Position numbers and translations under genes: made by a program. Below, piece by piece: positions 20,615-29,878 of a stretch of 64,000 bases of DNA (position 1 is the first letter of the stretch; each line of letters opens with the position of its first letter). This DNA comes from Candidatus Latescibacterota bacterium (lineage in GTDB: Bacteria > Latescibacterota > UBA2968 > UBA8231), in the NCBI GenBank assembly GCA_965206595.1, contig OZ242214.1:5856001-5920000 (forward strand), in the 5' to 3' direction. The notes below the pieces were generated by a model. It searched no databases. It saw only the letters and a program-made list of their open reading frames with translations, and was not told the origin of the DNA.

Positions 20615-20732
20615 CCGGGGGCCTCCCTTCGGCCCGGGGCAAATTGCCCGGCCTCGACTTCAGGGCGAGTATCATCATCGCTGCCGGCGAGTGCAGCGGA
20701 TTTCGCCCAATTCACCGAAACAAGGAGACGAC

Positions 20733-21356
20733 ATGAGAGTAGTAGCAGTCGGTTGCGAGTACTCCGGAGTGAGCACCCTGATAAACCGGATCTACGCCTG
20801 GGGCCAGGAGCGGGGGATCAATCATCACCTCGACGACCACTTCACCATCCCCGACGCCTCCCATCTCGACGAGGAAGAGCAGCGGGCCATGCTCGACATG
20901 CTGCCGGCGATCAAGGAGCGCTTCCAGCGCTTCCAGATCGTCTATCACATTCGCCTGCTGCACCGCTACGAACACATCCTGATGGGGGGCTTCCATATAG
21001 AGGAGGCGGTCTACGGACCGCGCTACTACTACCCCGGGAAAAACGTCCACGTCCGCGAGTACGAGCCGGACATGCCGGACGACGTGATCCTCGTGCATCT
21101 GCACGCGCGCCCCGAGGTGATCCGCCGCCGCAGCGAAAGCGACCCCCACCCTCACCAGATGGTGCCGGACAGCGACGTCGAGGAGGTGCTCGAGCAGTTC
21201 CGCAGCGAGTTCGCCCAGTCCTGGATTCGCCGCCGGTTCGACATCGACACCTCCGACCTGACCCCCGGCGAGCTGCTCGAGCAGTTCCTCGAGCGCTCGA
21301 TTCCCCACCTGAACCCCACCGACGCCCTCACCCGGCTCCAGACCCGAGAGGGCTGA
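20733..21356 (+). CDS. Hypothetical NMP-kinase-like protein with degenerate P-loop
   Basis: AAGGAG RBS; GCEYSGVST; IDTS near the C-terminus. Confidence 0.6.
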   Translation: MRVVAVGCEYSGVSTLINRIYAWGQERGINHHLDDHFTIPDASHLDEEEQRAMLDMLPAIKERFQRFQIVYHIRLLHRYEHILMGGFHIEEAVYGPRYYYPGKNVHVREYEPDMPDDVILVHLHARPEVIRRRSESDPHPHQMVPDSDVEEVLEQFRSEFAQSWIRRRFDIDTSDLTPGELLEQFLERSIPHLNPTDALTRLQTREG

Positions 21357-21357
21357 A

Positions 21358-22506
21358 ATGAAGATCGTCGACGTCGGAGCCGTCCTCCTTCAACCGACTC
21401 CGTGGGTGCTGGTGAAGGTGCGCACCGACGAAGGGATCACCGGCATAGGGGAGGCCTACCACGGAGCCGGCGTCCACCACATCGCCGTCGACGAGCGCCT
21501 CACCCGGCGCGCCCTCATCGGCCAGGACCCGCGCAACGTCGACAGGCTCTTCCGCGACATGAAGAGCTCGATGTCGGCCTCGGGGTATTACCAGGGAGCG
21601 GTGATGAGCGCCATCAGCGGCATCGAGATGGCCCTGTGGGACATCACCGGGCAGGCGCTCGGGGTGCCGATCTGGCAACTGCTCGGGGGGGCCTGGCGCG
21701 ACTCCATCCGCATATACAACGACTGTCACGCCGGGGAGGACGAGGAGGACCCCGCCTCCTGGGCGGCCAAGGCGAAAGCGGTGGAAGCGCGCGGCTTCGA
21801 CGCCATCAAGTTCGACATCGATCCGCGCCCCGACCGGCGCGATCGCTACAACCGCACCATGAGCAACCGCGACATCGCCTTCCACATCGAGGTGGTCACC
21901 GCGATCCGCGAAGCGCTGCATCCCGACACCGACCTGCTCATCGACGCCCACTGGGCCTACGCGCCCCACGACATCCTCAAGGTCGCCTACGCGTTCGAGG
22001 AGCTGGACCTGATGTGGCTGGAAGACCCGATTCCCGCGGAGAACGTCGCCGCCCTCAGGGAGGTCAAGGCGGCGACGCGCGTCCCGATCTGCACCGGCGA
22101 GAACCTGTACACCCGGCACGGGTTCCGCGAGCTGGTCGAGACCCAGGCGACCGACATCATCTCCCCCGACCTCGCCAAGGCGGGCGGCCTGTCCGAAGGT
22201 CGGCGCATCGCCGACCTGGCCGACATCTACTACATGCCGATCTCACCGCACAACATCTGCAGCCCGATCGGCACGATGGCGATGGCCCACGTCTGCGCCG
22301 CTTCCCCCAACTTCCAGGTTCTGGAGTTCCACCACCTCGACAACGAGGTCTGGAGCACTCTCACGGTGGAGCGCGACCTGATCGTCGACGGGCACATCCC
22401 CCTGCCGCGCGCTCCCGGCCTCGGCGTCACCCTCGACGAGGAGGCGGCGCGCCGCGGCGCGCGCGAGGACCTGGGGTTCTTCGACGAGGACGGAGGCGGC
22501 GGGTGA
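21358..22506 (+). CDS. Mandelate racemase/muconate lactonizing enzyme family protein
   Basis: EMALWDITG, KFD, DAH, WLEDP, TGEN, PGLGV. Confidence 0.9.
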   Translation: MKIVDVGAVLLQPTPWVLVKVRTDEGITGIGEAYHGAGVHHIAVDERLTRRALIGQDPRNVDRLFRDMKSSMSASGYYQGAVMSAISGIEMALWDITGQALGVPIWQLLGGAWRDSIRIYNDCHAGEDEEDPASWAAKAKAVEARGFDAIKFDIDPRPDRRDRYNRTMSNRDIAFHIEVVTAIREALHPDTDLLIDAHWAYAPHDILKVAYAFEELDLMWLEDPIPAENVAALREVKAATRVPICTGENLYTRHGFRELVETQATDIISPDLAKAGGLSEGRRIADLADIYYMPISPHNICSPIGTMAMAHVCAASPNFQVLEFHHLDNEVWSTLTVERDLIVDGHIPLPRAPGLGVTLDEEAARRGAREDLGFFDEDGGGG

Positions 22507-22696
22507 AAGAGGCAGGTTCTCTCCGGTAGGTCCGGGCACCCAAGGAAGGCAAAATCCGGAACAGCAGTATGGTCGAATTCGCGTGGGATGCCCGGGAAGG
22601 TCCCGGACTAGCGGACCAAGAGGATCTGGCCGAGAGCTACAGACTCCCCCCCTTCTGTTTAGAAATACACTCCGCTGGGGGATGCGCCCCACATTG

Positions 22697-22733
22697 AAAA
22701 GGGCCGGTCGCGCAGATTGACCGGCCCCTTTTT
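22697..22733. terminator. Bidirectional intrinsic terminator
   Basis: AAAA-GGGCCGGTC...GACCGGCCC-CTTTTT between convergent genes. Confidence 0.75.
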
Positions 22734-22818
22734 ATGCCCCTGACCCTAATCCCAAGCCATAACTCACGGCACCGGGATTTCCTGACAAGGAACTCCAGCA
22801 ACGGAATCCGCTTCGAGC

Positions 22819-23727
22819 TCATGGAACTGCGGGGCTCTGCGGAGACTCATCCTCTGTCCGGCCACCCCGCCCCAGGGGGTACGGCTTGTCAGGCGAATTG
22901 GGCAGCCCGAAGCGGACCATGAGACCGCCGTTGGCGAACAGGCCGCCGAGTTGGAATCCTCGGGAGATCCCCGACGTCTTCCAGGCCTTGTCGAGATGGC
23001 GGTAACGGAACTCTCCGAACAGGACGACATCTCGATTCTCTCCAAGTGTGAAAAAGCCCGGGAAGTTGGCGCGCATTCCGAGGGAGAATGGAAAGGCGGT
23101 TCTGCTGTCGAGATTGCTGGAACGCAACGTGCCAGAGGAATTGCGGCCGCGCAGCTCGCCGCTGACGCGGGCAAAGCCGGCTCCTGCCACCAGTTCGAGA
23201 CGCATACCGGCCTCGGAGTAGAGGAGGTGATGGCCGGTCAGCTCCAGCGCCGTGACGGAGTGACGGGCGCCGTCGGAAAGATCTCCGAACCGGGATTCGA
23301 CCTCCAAGGCGACCAGCGACAGACCGGCGCCGCGGCTGTCCGAGAGGCGGTGCACGAAGCCTAATTCCCCCAGGCGGAAGTCGCCCAGCCTCCGCGCCCA
23401 CCCCGCGCTCGACCGCAGATGGAGACTGCGCGTCCAGTGAAACCAGGTTCGGCGCTGCAGGCGGCGCAGGTGGTTAAGCAGGAGGCCTTCGGTGGGGCTT
23501 CGAGGCGGATAGCGAAGGGAGTGCGGCGTCGGGATCACGTCGGGGGCCGGCAGGGTTGACGGCCCTCCTTCCCCCGGAGCAGGGGTCTCACCTGTCTGGC
23601 ACTCGACCGCATCCAGTACAGCGCTACCCTTCTTCAGGAAGGGGACATCAAGCTTTTCGAAGAGGGTGCCGGCAGCTTCGAGTTGGGGAACTGCAAGCAA
23701 CAGGGGGATGAAGACGACCCGGATTAT
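22819..23727 (-). CDS. Hypothetical exported protein, possible beta-barrel; ATA or mutated start codon
   Basis: Open frame. AGGAGG-N6-ATA at 23727 precedes a hydrophobic signal-like stretch; alternating beta-like C-terminal half. Confidence 0.45.
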   Translation of the reverse strand: MIRVVFIPLLLAVPQLEAAGTLFEKLDVPFLKKGSAVLDAVECQTGETPAPGEGGPSTLPAPDVIPTPHSLRYPPRSPTEGLLLNHLRRLQRRTWFHWTRSLHLRSSAGWARRLGDFRLGELGFVHRLSDSRGAGLSLVALEVESRFGDLSDGARHSVTALELTGHHLLYSEAGMRLELVAGAGFARVSGELRGRNSSGTLRSSNLDSRTAFPFSLGMRANFPGFFTLGENRDVVLFGEFRYRHLDKAWKTSGISRGFQLGGLFANGGLMVRFGLPNSPDKPYPLGRGGRTEDESPQSPAVP

Positions 23728-23772
23728 GGCAAACCTCCTACTGGTAGCAGCTGGTAAACGTGAATGTATGGA

Positions 23773-24777
23773 TTAGCCTCCGGGCCGCCCCGCGGCGCCG
23801 CTCTCTATCGACGCGAACACCGCGTCGATCACCCGCATCTGCCCTAGGCTGTTCTGCGGCGAGATCCGGTACTCGCCGCCCCGTTCCAGGCAGTCGCGCA
23901 GGTGCTGCAGCTGCAGGGCGAACTGGTAGACCGGGGCGAAGTCGAAGCGGGCGCTGCCTCCGGCGAATTCGGCGTCGATGGCGGTTGGCTGGTTTTCGTT
24001 GTTCCAGGCCTTGTCGGCGCGTAGCCGCCCTCCGGTGCCGTGGACCTCGACGTACTGCGTCCCGTAATAGCTGAAACCGACGGCGATTTCCGCGGTGCCG
24101 CCGCCGGAAAACTCGAGCAGAATGGTGGTCTCCTCGTCGATCCCGGTGGGGCCGCGGCGGCAGACGGCGAACACGGTTTCCGGCTCGGCTCCGTAGATGA
24201 AGCGGGCGTGGTGGATGCAGTAGCAGGCGAGGTCGTAGACGGCGCCGCCGCCGCGCTCGGGATCCCAGCGCCAGTTGAGCTCCTTGCGAATCTGTGCGGC
24301 CGGGACGTTGGTGGCGAAGGTGCTTCTGACGGAGCGCACCTCGCCGACGGCGCCGGCGTCGACGAGCTCCTTCAGCTTCAGGTGCATCGGGTGGTGGCGA
24401 AACTTGAAGGCTTCGGCCAGCAGCACGCCCTTGGCCGTGGCGGCCTCGACCATGCGGGCGCACTCGGCCGCGGTGCAGGAGATGGGTTTCTCGACCAGGA
24501 TGCCCCGCACCTTTCCCGACTCGGCCGCGCGGATGGCGTGCTCGGCGTGGCTGTTGCCCCAGGTGCAGACCGACAGGGTGTCGAGGTTCTCCTGCTCGAG
24601 CATCTCCCCGAGATCGGTGTAGCGGCCGGCGACCTCGAACTGGTCGCCAAAGTGCTGCAGGGCTTCCTCGGAGACGTCGCACAGGGCGACGAGCTCGACC
24701 CCGCTCACCTTGCCCGCGGCGCGGGCATGGGCGCCGGCGATGCCTCCCGCGCCGATGATCCCCATTCTTAAGGCCAT
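23773..24777 (-). CDS. Gfo/Idh/MocA family oxidoreductase
   Basis: GIIGAGGIA, VEKP, GGGAVYDLACY; AGGAGG RBS. Confidence 0.92.
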   Translation of the reverse strand: MALRMGIIGAGGIAGAHARAAGKVSGVELVALCDVSEEALQHFGDQFEVAGRYTDLGEMLEQENLDTLSVCTWGNSHAEHAIRAAESGKVRGILVEKPISCTAAECARMVEAATAKGVLLAEAFKFRHHPMHLKLKELVDAGAVGEVRSVRSTFATNVPAAQIRKELNWRWDPERGGGAVYDLACYCIHHARFIYGAEPETVFAVCRRGPTGIDEETTILLEFSGGGTAEIAVGFSYYGTQYVEVHGTGGRLRADKAWNNENQPTAIDAEFAGGSARFDFAPVYQFALQLQHLRDCLERGGEYRISPQNSLGQMRVIDAVFASIESGAAGRPGG

Positions 24778-25113
24778 CGCACCCACCTCCTTCAGTTTCC
24801 GGCGGCAATGTACGACAAGGGCCGGCGGGGCTGAATGCCGGCGTTCTGCGGGAACGGATGGGCGCGATCCCGCCGTCGAGAAGGATCCAGGGCGGGAAGC
24901 CTTGGCGGGACGTCCAAGAGACAGGACGCTGTTTGTTGGCGCCTCCAACGGGCGATTCTATATTGCCTGCCCGCTGACGAAGAGCCTGTCCAGGTTTCCA
25001 TTCGGTCGACGGCCGGGAGCTGACGTAGCGATCAGGTCTCGCCTCGAAGCGGATACCCCGGAACAGGCACCGGCGGCATTTCGACAACTCTTGCGACAAG
25101 GGAGCTCAACGAC

Positions 25114-26136
25114 ATGGCAACGGCGATTGCAACCCGCAAGGTCGGCTCGACGGAGGTCGCCGTCTCCGAATTCGGGCTCGGCACCGCTCCCCTCGGGGAC
25201 CTGTTCACGAAGCTGACCGAGGAGGAGGCGCAGGCCGTCCTGCAGGCGGCCTGGGACCGCGGCGTGCGCTACTACGACACCGCCCCGTTCTACGGGCATA
25301 CCAAGAGCGAGCACCGGGTGGGCTGGTTCCTGCGCCAGCAGGAGCGCGGCGAGTTCGTCCTCTCCACCAAGGTCGGCCGCATCTTCAAGGCGGTTTCGCC
25401 GGAGCGCTTCCGCCCGGAGTTCTGGAGCGCGCCGCTGCCGTTCGACCTCCACTTCGACTACAGCTACGACGGCATCATGCGCTCCTGGGAAGACAGCCTG
25501 CAGCGGATGGGGCTCGAGCGCGTCGACATGCTGCTGATCCACGATCTCGACATCTGGTTCAACCAGACCGAGCAGCGCGTCCACTACTGGCTGGGCCAGC
25601 TCTACACCAGCGGCTGGCGCGCCCTCGCCGAGCTCAGGGCGAGCGGCCGCATCGGGGCGATCGGCGCCGGCATCAACGAGAACGGCATGATCCGGCGTTT
25701 TCTCGAAACCGTACCCCTCGACTTCTTCATCGTGGCCCTGCCGTACACCCTGCTCGACCAGGAGGTGCTCGACGAGGAGTTCCCGCTCTGCGAGAAGCAC
25801 GGCGCCGGGGTCGTCATCGGCGCCCCGTTCGCCTCGGGCATCCTCGCGACCGGGCCGGTCGAGGGGGCGAACTACAAGTACGCCGCGGCTACCCCGGAGA
25901 TCCTCGACAAGACCCGTGCCATCGAGTCGGTCTGCACCTCGCACGGCGTGCCGCTGCGCGCCGCGGCCCTGCAGTTCCCGCTCGCCAATCCGCTCGTCGC
26001 CGCGATCATTCCCGGGGCCATCCGCCCGGAGCAGGTGACCTCCAACGTCGCCGACTACTGCCGCGACATACCCGCGGAGATGTGGGCGGAGCTGAAATCT
26101 TCCGGTCTCGTCCGCGAAGATGCCCCCACTTCCTGA
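25114..26136 (+). CDS. Aldo/keto reductase (D-threo-aldose dehydrogenase-like)
   Basis: GLGTAPLG, YYDTAPFYG, STKVGR, FDYSYDG, IHD. Confidence 0.92.
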   Translation: MATAIATRKVGSTEVAVSEFGLGTAPLGDLFTKLTEEEAQAVLQAAWDRGVRYYDTAPFYGHTKSEHRVGWFLRQQERGEFVLSTKVGRIFKAVSPERFRPEFWSAPLPFDLHFDYSYDGIMRSWEDSLQRMGLERVDMLLIHDLDIWFNQTEQRVHYWLGQLYTSGWRALAELRASGRIGAIGAGINENGMIRRFLETVPLDFFIVALPYTLLDQEVLDEEFPLCEKHGAGVVIGAPFASGILATGPVEGANYKYAAATPEILDKTRAIESVCTSHGVPLRAAALQFPLANPLVAAIIPGAIRPEQVTSNVADYCRDIPAEMWAELKSSGLVREDAPTS

Positions 26137-26911
26137 CGCGCCGGCGGGCGCCGGGACGCCGCAGCTGCGGTCGCAACTCGAGTTCTACGAGACCAGCGGC
26201 TACCTCGTCGTCCCCGGGGCCCTGGACAGGGAGGAGGTCGCCGCTCTCAACGAGGCCGTCGACGCCGATCTCGAGGCCAATCCCACCCTGTGGCAGAACC
26301 GCGGCAACGCGCGCCTCACCGTGCACGCGCTGATGGCGCACCCGGTCATGGACGGAACCATGAGGCCGGCCCGCCTGCTGCCCCTGCTCGAGGCGATCAT
26401 GGGGCCGGAGCTGTGCGCCGAGGAGCACTCGGTCCGCATCCGCGTCCCCAACCCGGACGGCGAGCTGGAATGCCACTGGCACCGGGACGCGCAACGCCCC
26501 GACGCCGGCGTCCCCTTCCGGACCCGCTACCTGTCGGTGGTCTTCTATCTGTCCGACGTCGACGCCACCACCCACACGTTCAGCGTCATCCCCGGGTCGG
26601 GGCAGGGGGAGGAGCTGCCCCCGTTGGAGACGTACGACCTTGGCGCCGCCCATCACATCGAAGGGCCCGCCGGCACTGCGGTGTTGTTCAACACCGCGAC
26701 CATCCACGCCGGCAATGTGCGCCGCACCGACCGCGAGCGCCGCACCATACACATCTACTGCGGCCGCTCGAGCGACCGCCATCTGAGCAACTACACCATC
26801 TTTCCGGGGCGGCTGCTGTACGCCGAGGAGGAAGCGGTGCGGCGCTACTACGGCCGCCCCAACGCGATCACCCGCCTGGTGCAGGACCATTTCGCAGGAG
26901 GGAAGGCATGA
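26120..26911 (+). CDS. Phytanoyl-CoA dioxygenase (PhyH) family
   Basis: GYLVV, WHRD, distal H (IHAG) and R. Confidence 0.85.
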   Translation: MPPLPDAPAGAGTPQLRSQLEFYETSGYLVVPGALDREEVAALNEAVDADLEANPTLWQNRGNARLTVHALMAHPVMDGTMRPARLLPLLEAIMGPELCAEEHSVRIRVPNPDGELECHWHRDAQRPDAGVPFRTRYLSVVFYLSDVDATTHTFSVIPGSGQGEELPPLETYDLGAAHHIEGPAGTAVLFNTATIHAGNVRRTDRERRTIHIYCGRSSDRHLSNYTIFPGRLLYAEEEAVRRYYGRPNAITRLVQDHFAGGKA

Positions 26912-27687
26912 GACTGGAGAACCGGATTGCCATCGTCACCGGCGCCGCCGGCGGCATCGGCGCCGCGAGCGTGCGGCGCTTCGCGCAGGAAGGGGCGAAG
27001 GTGACCGCGGCCGACATCGACGGCGAGCGGCTCGAAAGGACGGTGGCCGCGGTGAACGCGGAGGTCCCCGGCTCGACCACCGCACGCGCCGCCGACGTCC
27101 GCAAGGCGGCCGAGGTCGAGGCCCTGGTCGCCTCCACGGTGGCGCAGCGCGGCCGCCTCGACATCGTCTTCAGCAACGCCGGCATAATGAGGGACGGCTC
27201 GGTCGTCGACCTGCCGGAAAGCGATTGGGACGAGATGTTCTCCGTCAACGTCAAGGGCACCTTCCTGCTCGGCAAGTACGGAGTGCCGGCCATGCGCGAG
27301 GGCGGGGGCGGGGCCTTCGTGATCACGGCCTCGGCCAACAGCTTCTACGCCGAGTCCGACATCGCCGGGTACTGCGCCACCAAGGGGGCGGTCATCCAGC
27401 TCACCCGCGCCATGGCGATCGATCACGGCCCCGAGAACATCCGCGTCAACTGCATCTGTCCCGGCTGGATCGAGACGCCGATGTCGCAGCCCTTCCTCGA
27501 CGAGAACCCGGAGGGCCGCAAGTTCGCCGGCAAAATCGCTCCCCTCGGCCGCATCGGGCAGCCGGAGGAGGTCGCCGAGGTCGCGGTATTCCTCGCCAGC
27601 GACGAGGCGCGCTTCGTCACCGCTTCCGCCTTCAACTGCGACGGCGGCTGGACCGCGGGGATGACCAAGGCGTTGGCCCTCATATAG
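26908..27687 (+). CDS. Short-chain dehydrogenase/reductase
   Basis: TGAAGGIG, NAG, YCATK; ATGA overlap. Confidence 0.93.
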   Translation: MRLENRIAIVTGAAGGIGAASVRRFAQEGAKVTAADIDGERLERTVAAVNAEVPGSTTARAADVRKAAEVEALVASTVAQRGRLDIVFSNAGIMRDGSVVDLPESDWDEMFSVNVKGTFLLGKYGVPAMREGGGGAFVITASANSFYAESDIAGYCATKGAVIQLTRAMAIDHGPENIRVNCICPGWIETPMSQPFLDENPEGRKFAGKIAPLGRIGQPEEVAEVAVFLASDEARFVTASAFNCDGGWTAGMTKALALI

Positions 27688-27886
27688 TGCCTGCGCGCGC
27701 AATCCGCATGAATTCGGCGGACGCTGCATCCGGTGGGGTTTCATTGGCTCGCCGTACGTTCCGGGTCGCCGGGGCCTTGCGGGCCGGGTGCATCGGCGGC
27801 CGGGTTCCAACCATCCCTGTCCGTGACGGGACCGTAGTGCAGGAGGCTTCGCCATCCGTTTCCTCAGACCGAACCTGCCGCAGCTG

Positions 27887-28468
27887 GTGATGGAGCGGCC
27901 TGCGTTCGCCGGGCTGCCGCCGGCCGAGGTCCCGGAAGGGTACTGCCTGCGGCACTTCCGCTCCGGCGACGAGGAGGACTGGAACTGCCTGATGGACGCC
28001 GCCTTCGAGCGCCCCCCCGGCACCACCGATTTCACCGAGTCGATGGCAACCGATCCGCTATACCTGCCGGAGCGCGTCAAGCTTGTGGCCAGCGACGAGG
28101 GGCGGATCGTCGCCACCGCCTCGGCCTGGAGGCACCGCTCCTTCGGGGCGCGCCGGGGGATGCTGCACTGGGTCGGCACCGATCCCGTTCACGCGGGGAA
28201 GAAGCTGGGAACCGCGGTCTCCATCGCCGCCATGGAACACTCGCGGGACGAGGGGCGCACCGCCATGGCCCTGCTGACCGACGATTACCGCATCGCGGCC
28301 CAGAAGACCTACCTGCGGCTCGGGTTCGAGCCCCGCTGCACCCACAAGAGCCACCCCGAACGCTGGAGGCGGATTCTGGCGGGCCTCTGCTGGCCGGAGA
28401 ACTTCGAACAGATACTTCAGGGACCGCTGGTGCGCCTCGACGACGAAGGGCAGGCAGGGGAAGGATGA
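27887..28468 (+). CDS. GNAT family N-acetyltransferase
   Basis: V.TDP.HAGKKLG acetyl-CoA motif; A..TYLRLGF. Confidence 0.85.
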   Translation: MMERPAFAGLPPAEVPEGYCLRHFRSGDEEDWNCLMDAAFERPPGTTDFTESMATDPLYLPERVKLVASDEGRIVATASAWRHRSFGARRGMLHWVGTDPVHAGKKLGTAVSIAAMEHSRDEGRTAMALLTDDYRIAAQKTYLRLGFEPRCTHKSHPERWRRILAGLCWPENFEQILQGPLVRLDDEGQAGEG

Positions 28469-28681
28469 GACGCTGGATCCCGCGGGGACCCGATGCGGCG
28501 GCATTGGACCGGGCCCCAAACCGGCAGGCCATGGCAAACGAGTGTCAGGATCCATGAATCCCTGTTTTCGCCAACCGTACACCTCCGTCAGGCTCCCTCA
28601 AGCGCTTGGAGTACCGGGTGCCTCGGCGGGGGGATTAATGCAATCTGTTTCCGGGACAGGACAGTGAAAGGAGAAAGCGAG

Positions 28682-29782
28682 TTGACAGCCGAACTGGAGG
28701 ACCGCGGGTCGCAGATCCGCGTGACGTCGCTGACGGCCTACCCGATGGACCCGAAGGCCTACGTCAAGATCGAGACCAGCATGGGGGTGACCGGCTGGGG
28801 GGAGATCAACAACATGGAGTCCGAGGTGGCCTGCGCCCTGGCGCGGTCGCTGTCGGAAATCATCATCGGGGAGAACCCGACGCGGATGGAGCACCTGTGG
28901 CAGCGGATGTTCCGGGCGCACCGCAACATCCGCGGCGGCGGCCTGATGGTGCACACCATCTCGGGGATCGACATGGCGCTGTGGGACATCGCCGGCAAGC
29001 TCTACGGGGTGCCGGTCTACCGCCTTCTCGGGGGGCCGGTGCGCGACAAAATCTGGAAGTACCCCAGCTCCAAGGCGATCAAGGTGGGGCCGCCCGGGTC
29101 CCAGTACCACGCCGGGACGCCGGCGGAGGTCGACGTGCTCGTGCAGACGGTGCGGGAGGCGCGGGCGAAGGTCGGCCACGACGGCGCCGTGATGTTCGAC
29201 GCCCACAGCATGCTGCCGCCCCCGATCGTCAGGCAGTTCGCGGCGCAGCTCAGTCCTGACGACCTGCTGTTCCTCGAGGAGGCCTGGGTGCCGGGCAACA
29301 TCGAGGTGATGGCGAGGCTGCGGCAGTCGGTGCCGGTGCCGCTGGCTACCGGCGAGCGCGACCGCACCATCTGGGAGGTGCGCGAGATCCTCGAGGCGCA
29401 GGTGGTCGACATCCTGCAGCCGGACTGCGGCCACGGCGGCGGCATTAGCCAGATGCGCAAGGTCGCCGCCCTCGCCGAGGCCCACCACGTGCCGATCGCC
29501 CCCCACTGCACGATGTCCCACCTCGGCCTGACTGCGAGCCTGCAGGTGTCGGCCGCGGTGCCGCTGTTCCTGATCCACGAGGGGTACGAGGGGGTGCTGC
29601 CGGACGGCGTCGCCCACAAGCACTGGGAGATGGACGAGGCGGGGTACGTGTCGCTCCCCGAGGGTCCCGGTCTCGGGGTGGAGGTCGACGAGGCGAAGGT
29701 CGTCGAGCTGGCCTCGGACCGGTCGCGGAAGTTCCGCTGGCCCGACAGCCGCCTGCGCGACGGCTCGGTCGCCGACTATTAA
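28682..29782 (+). CDS. Mandelate racemase/galactonate dehydratase-like enzyme
   Basis: DMALWDIAGK, FDAH, FLEE, ATGER, QPD, PGLGV; TTG start after AGGAG. Confidence 0.9.
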   Translation: MTAELEDRGSQIRVTSLTAYPMDPKAYVKIETSMGVTGWGEINNMESEVACALARSLSEIIIGENPTRMEHLWQRMFRAHRNIRGGGLMVHTISGIDMALWDIAGKLYGVPVYRLLGGPVRDKIWKYPSSKAIKVGPPGSQYHAGTPAEVDVLVQTVREARAKVGHDGAVMFDAHSMLPPPIVRQFAAQLSPDDLLFLEEAWVPGNIEVMARLRQSVPVPLATGERDRTIWEVREILEAQVVDILQPDCGHGGGISQMRKVAALAEAHHVPIAPHCTMSHLGLTASLQVSAAVPLFLIHEGYEGVLPDGVAHKHWEMDEAGYVSLPEGPGLGVEVDEAKVVELASDRSRKFRWPDSRLRDGSVADY

Positions 29783-29878
29783 CCGTGTTTGTCGTCTGCC
29801 ATACGGCGGCGCCGCACAATCCGGGGTGCTCGCAGGGCTCCGGGTCCAACTGCTGATGCACTGGAGGGAGGAGCCGCC

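Noticed and set aside
22507-22696. Possible riboswitch or ncRNA (GGCAAA, imperfect inverted repeat)
   Set aside because: Lies between convergent genes and lacks the remaining c-di-GMP-I consensus; needs an Infernal search.
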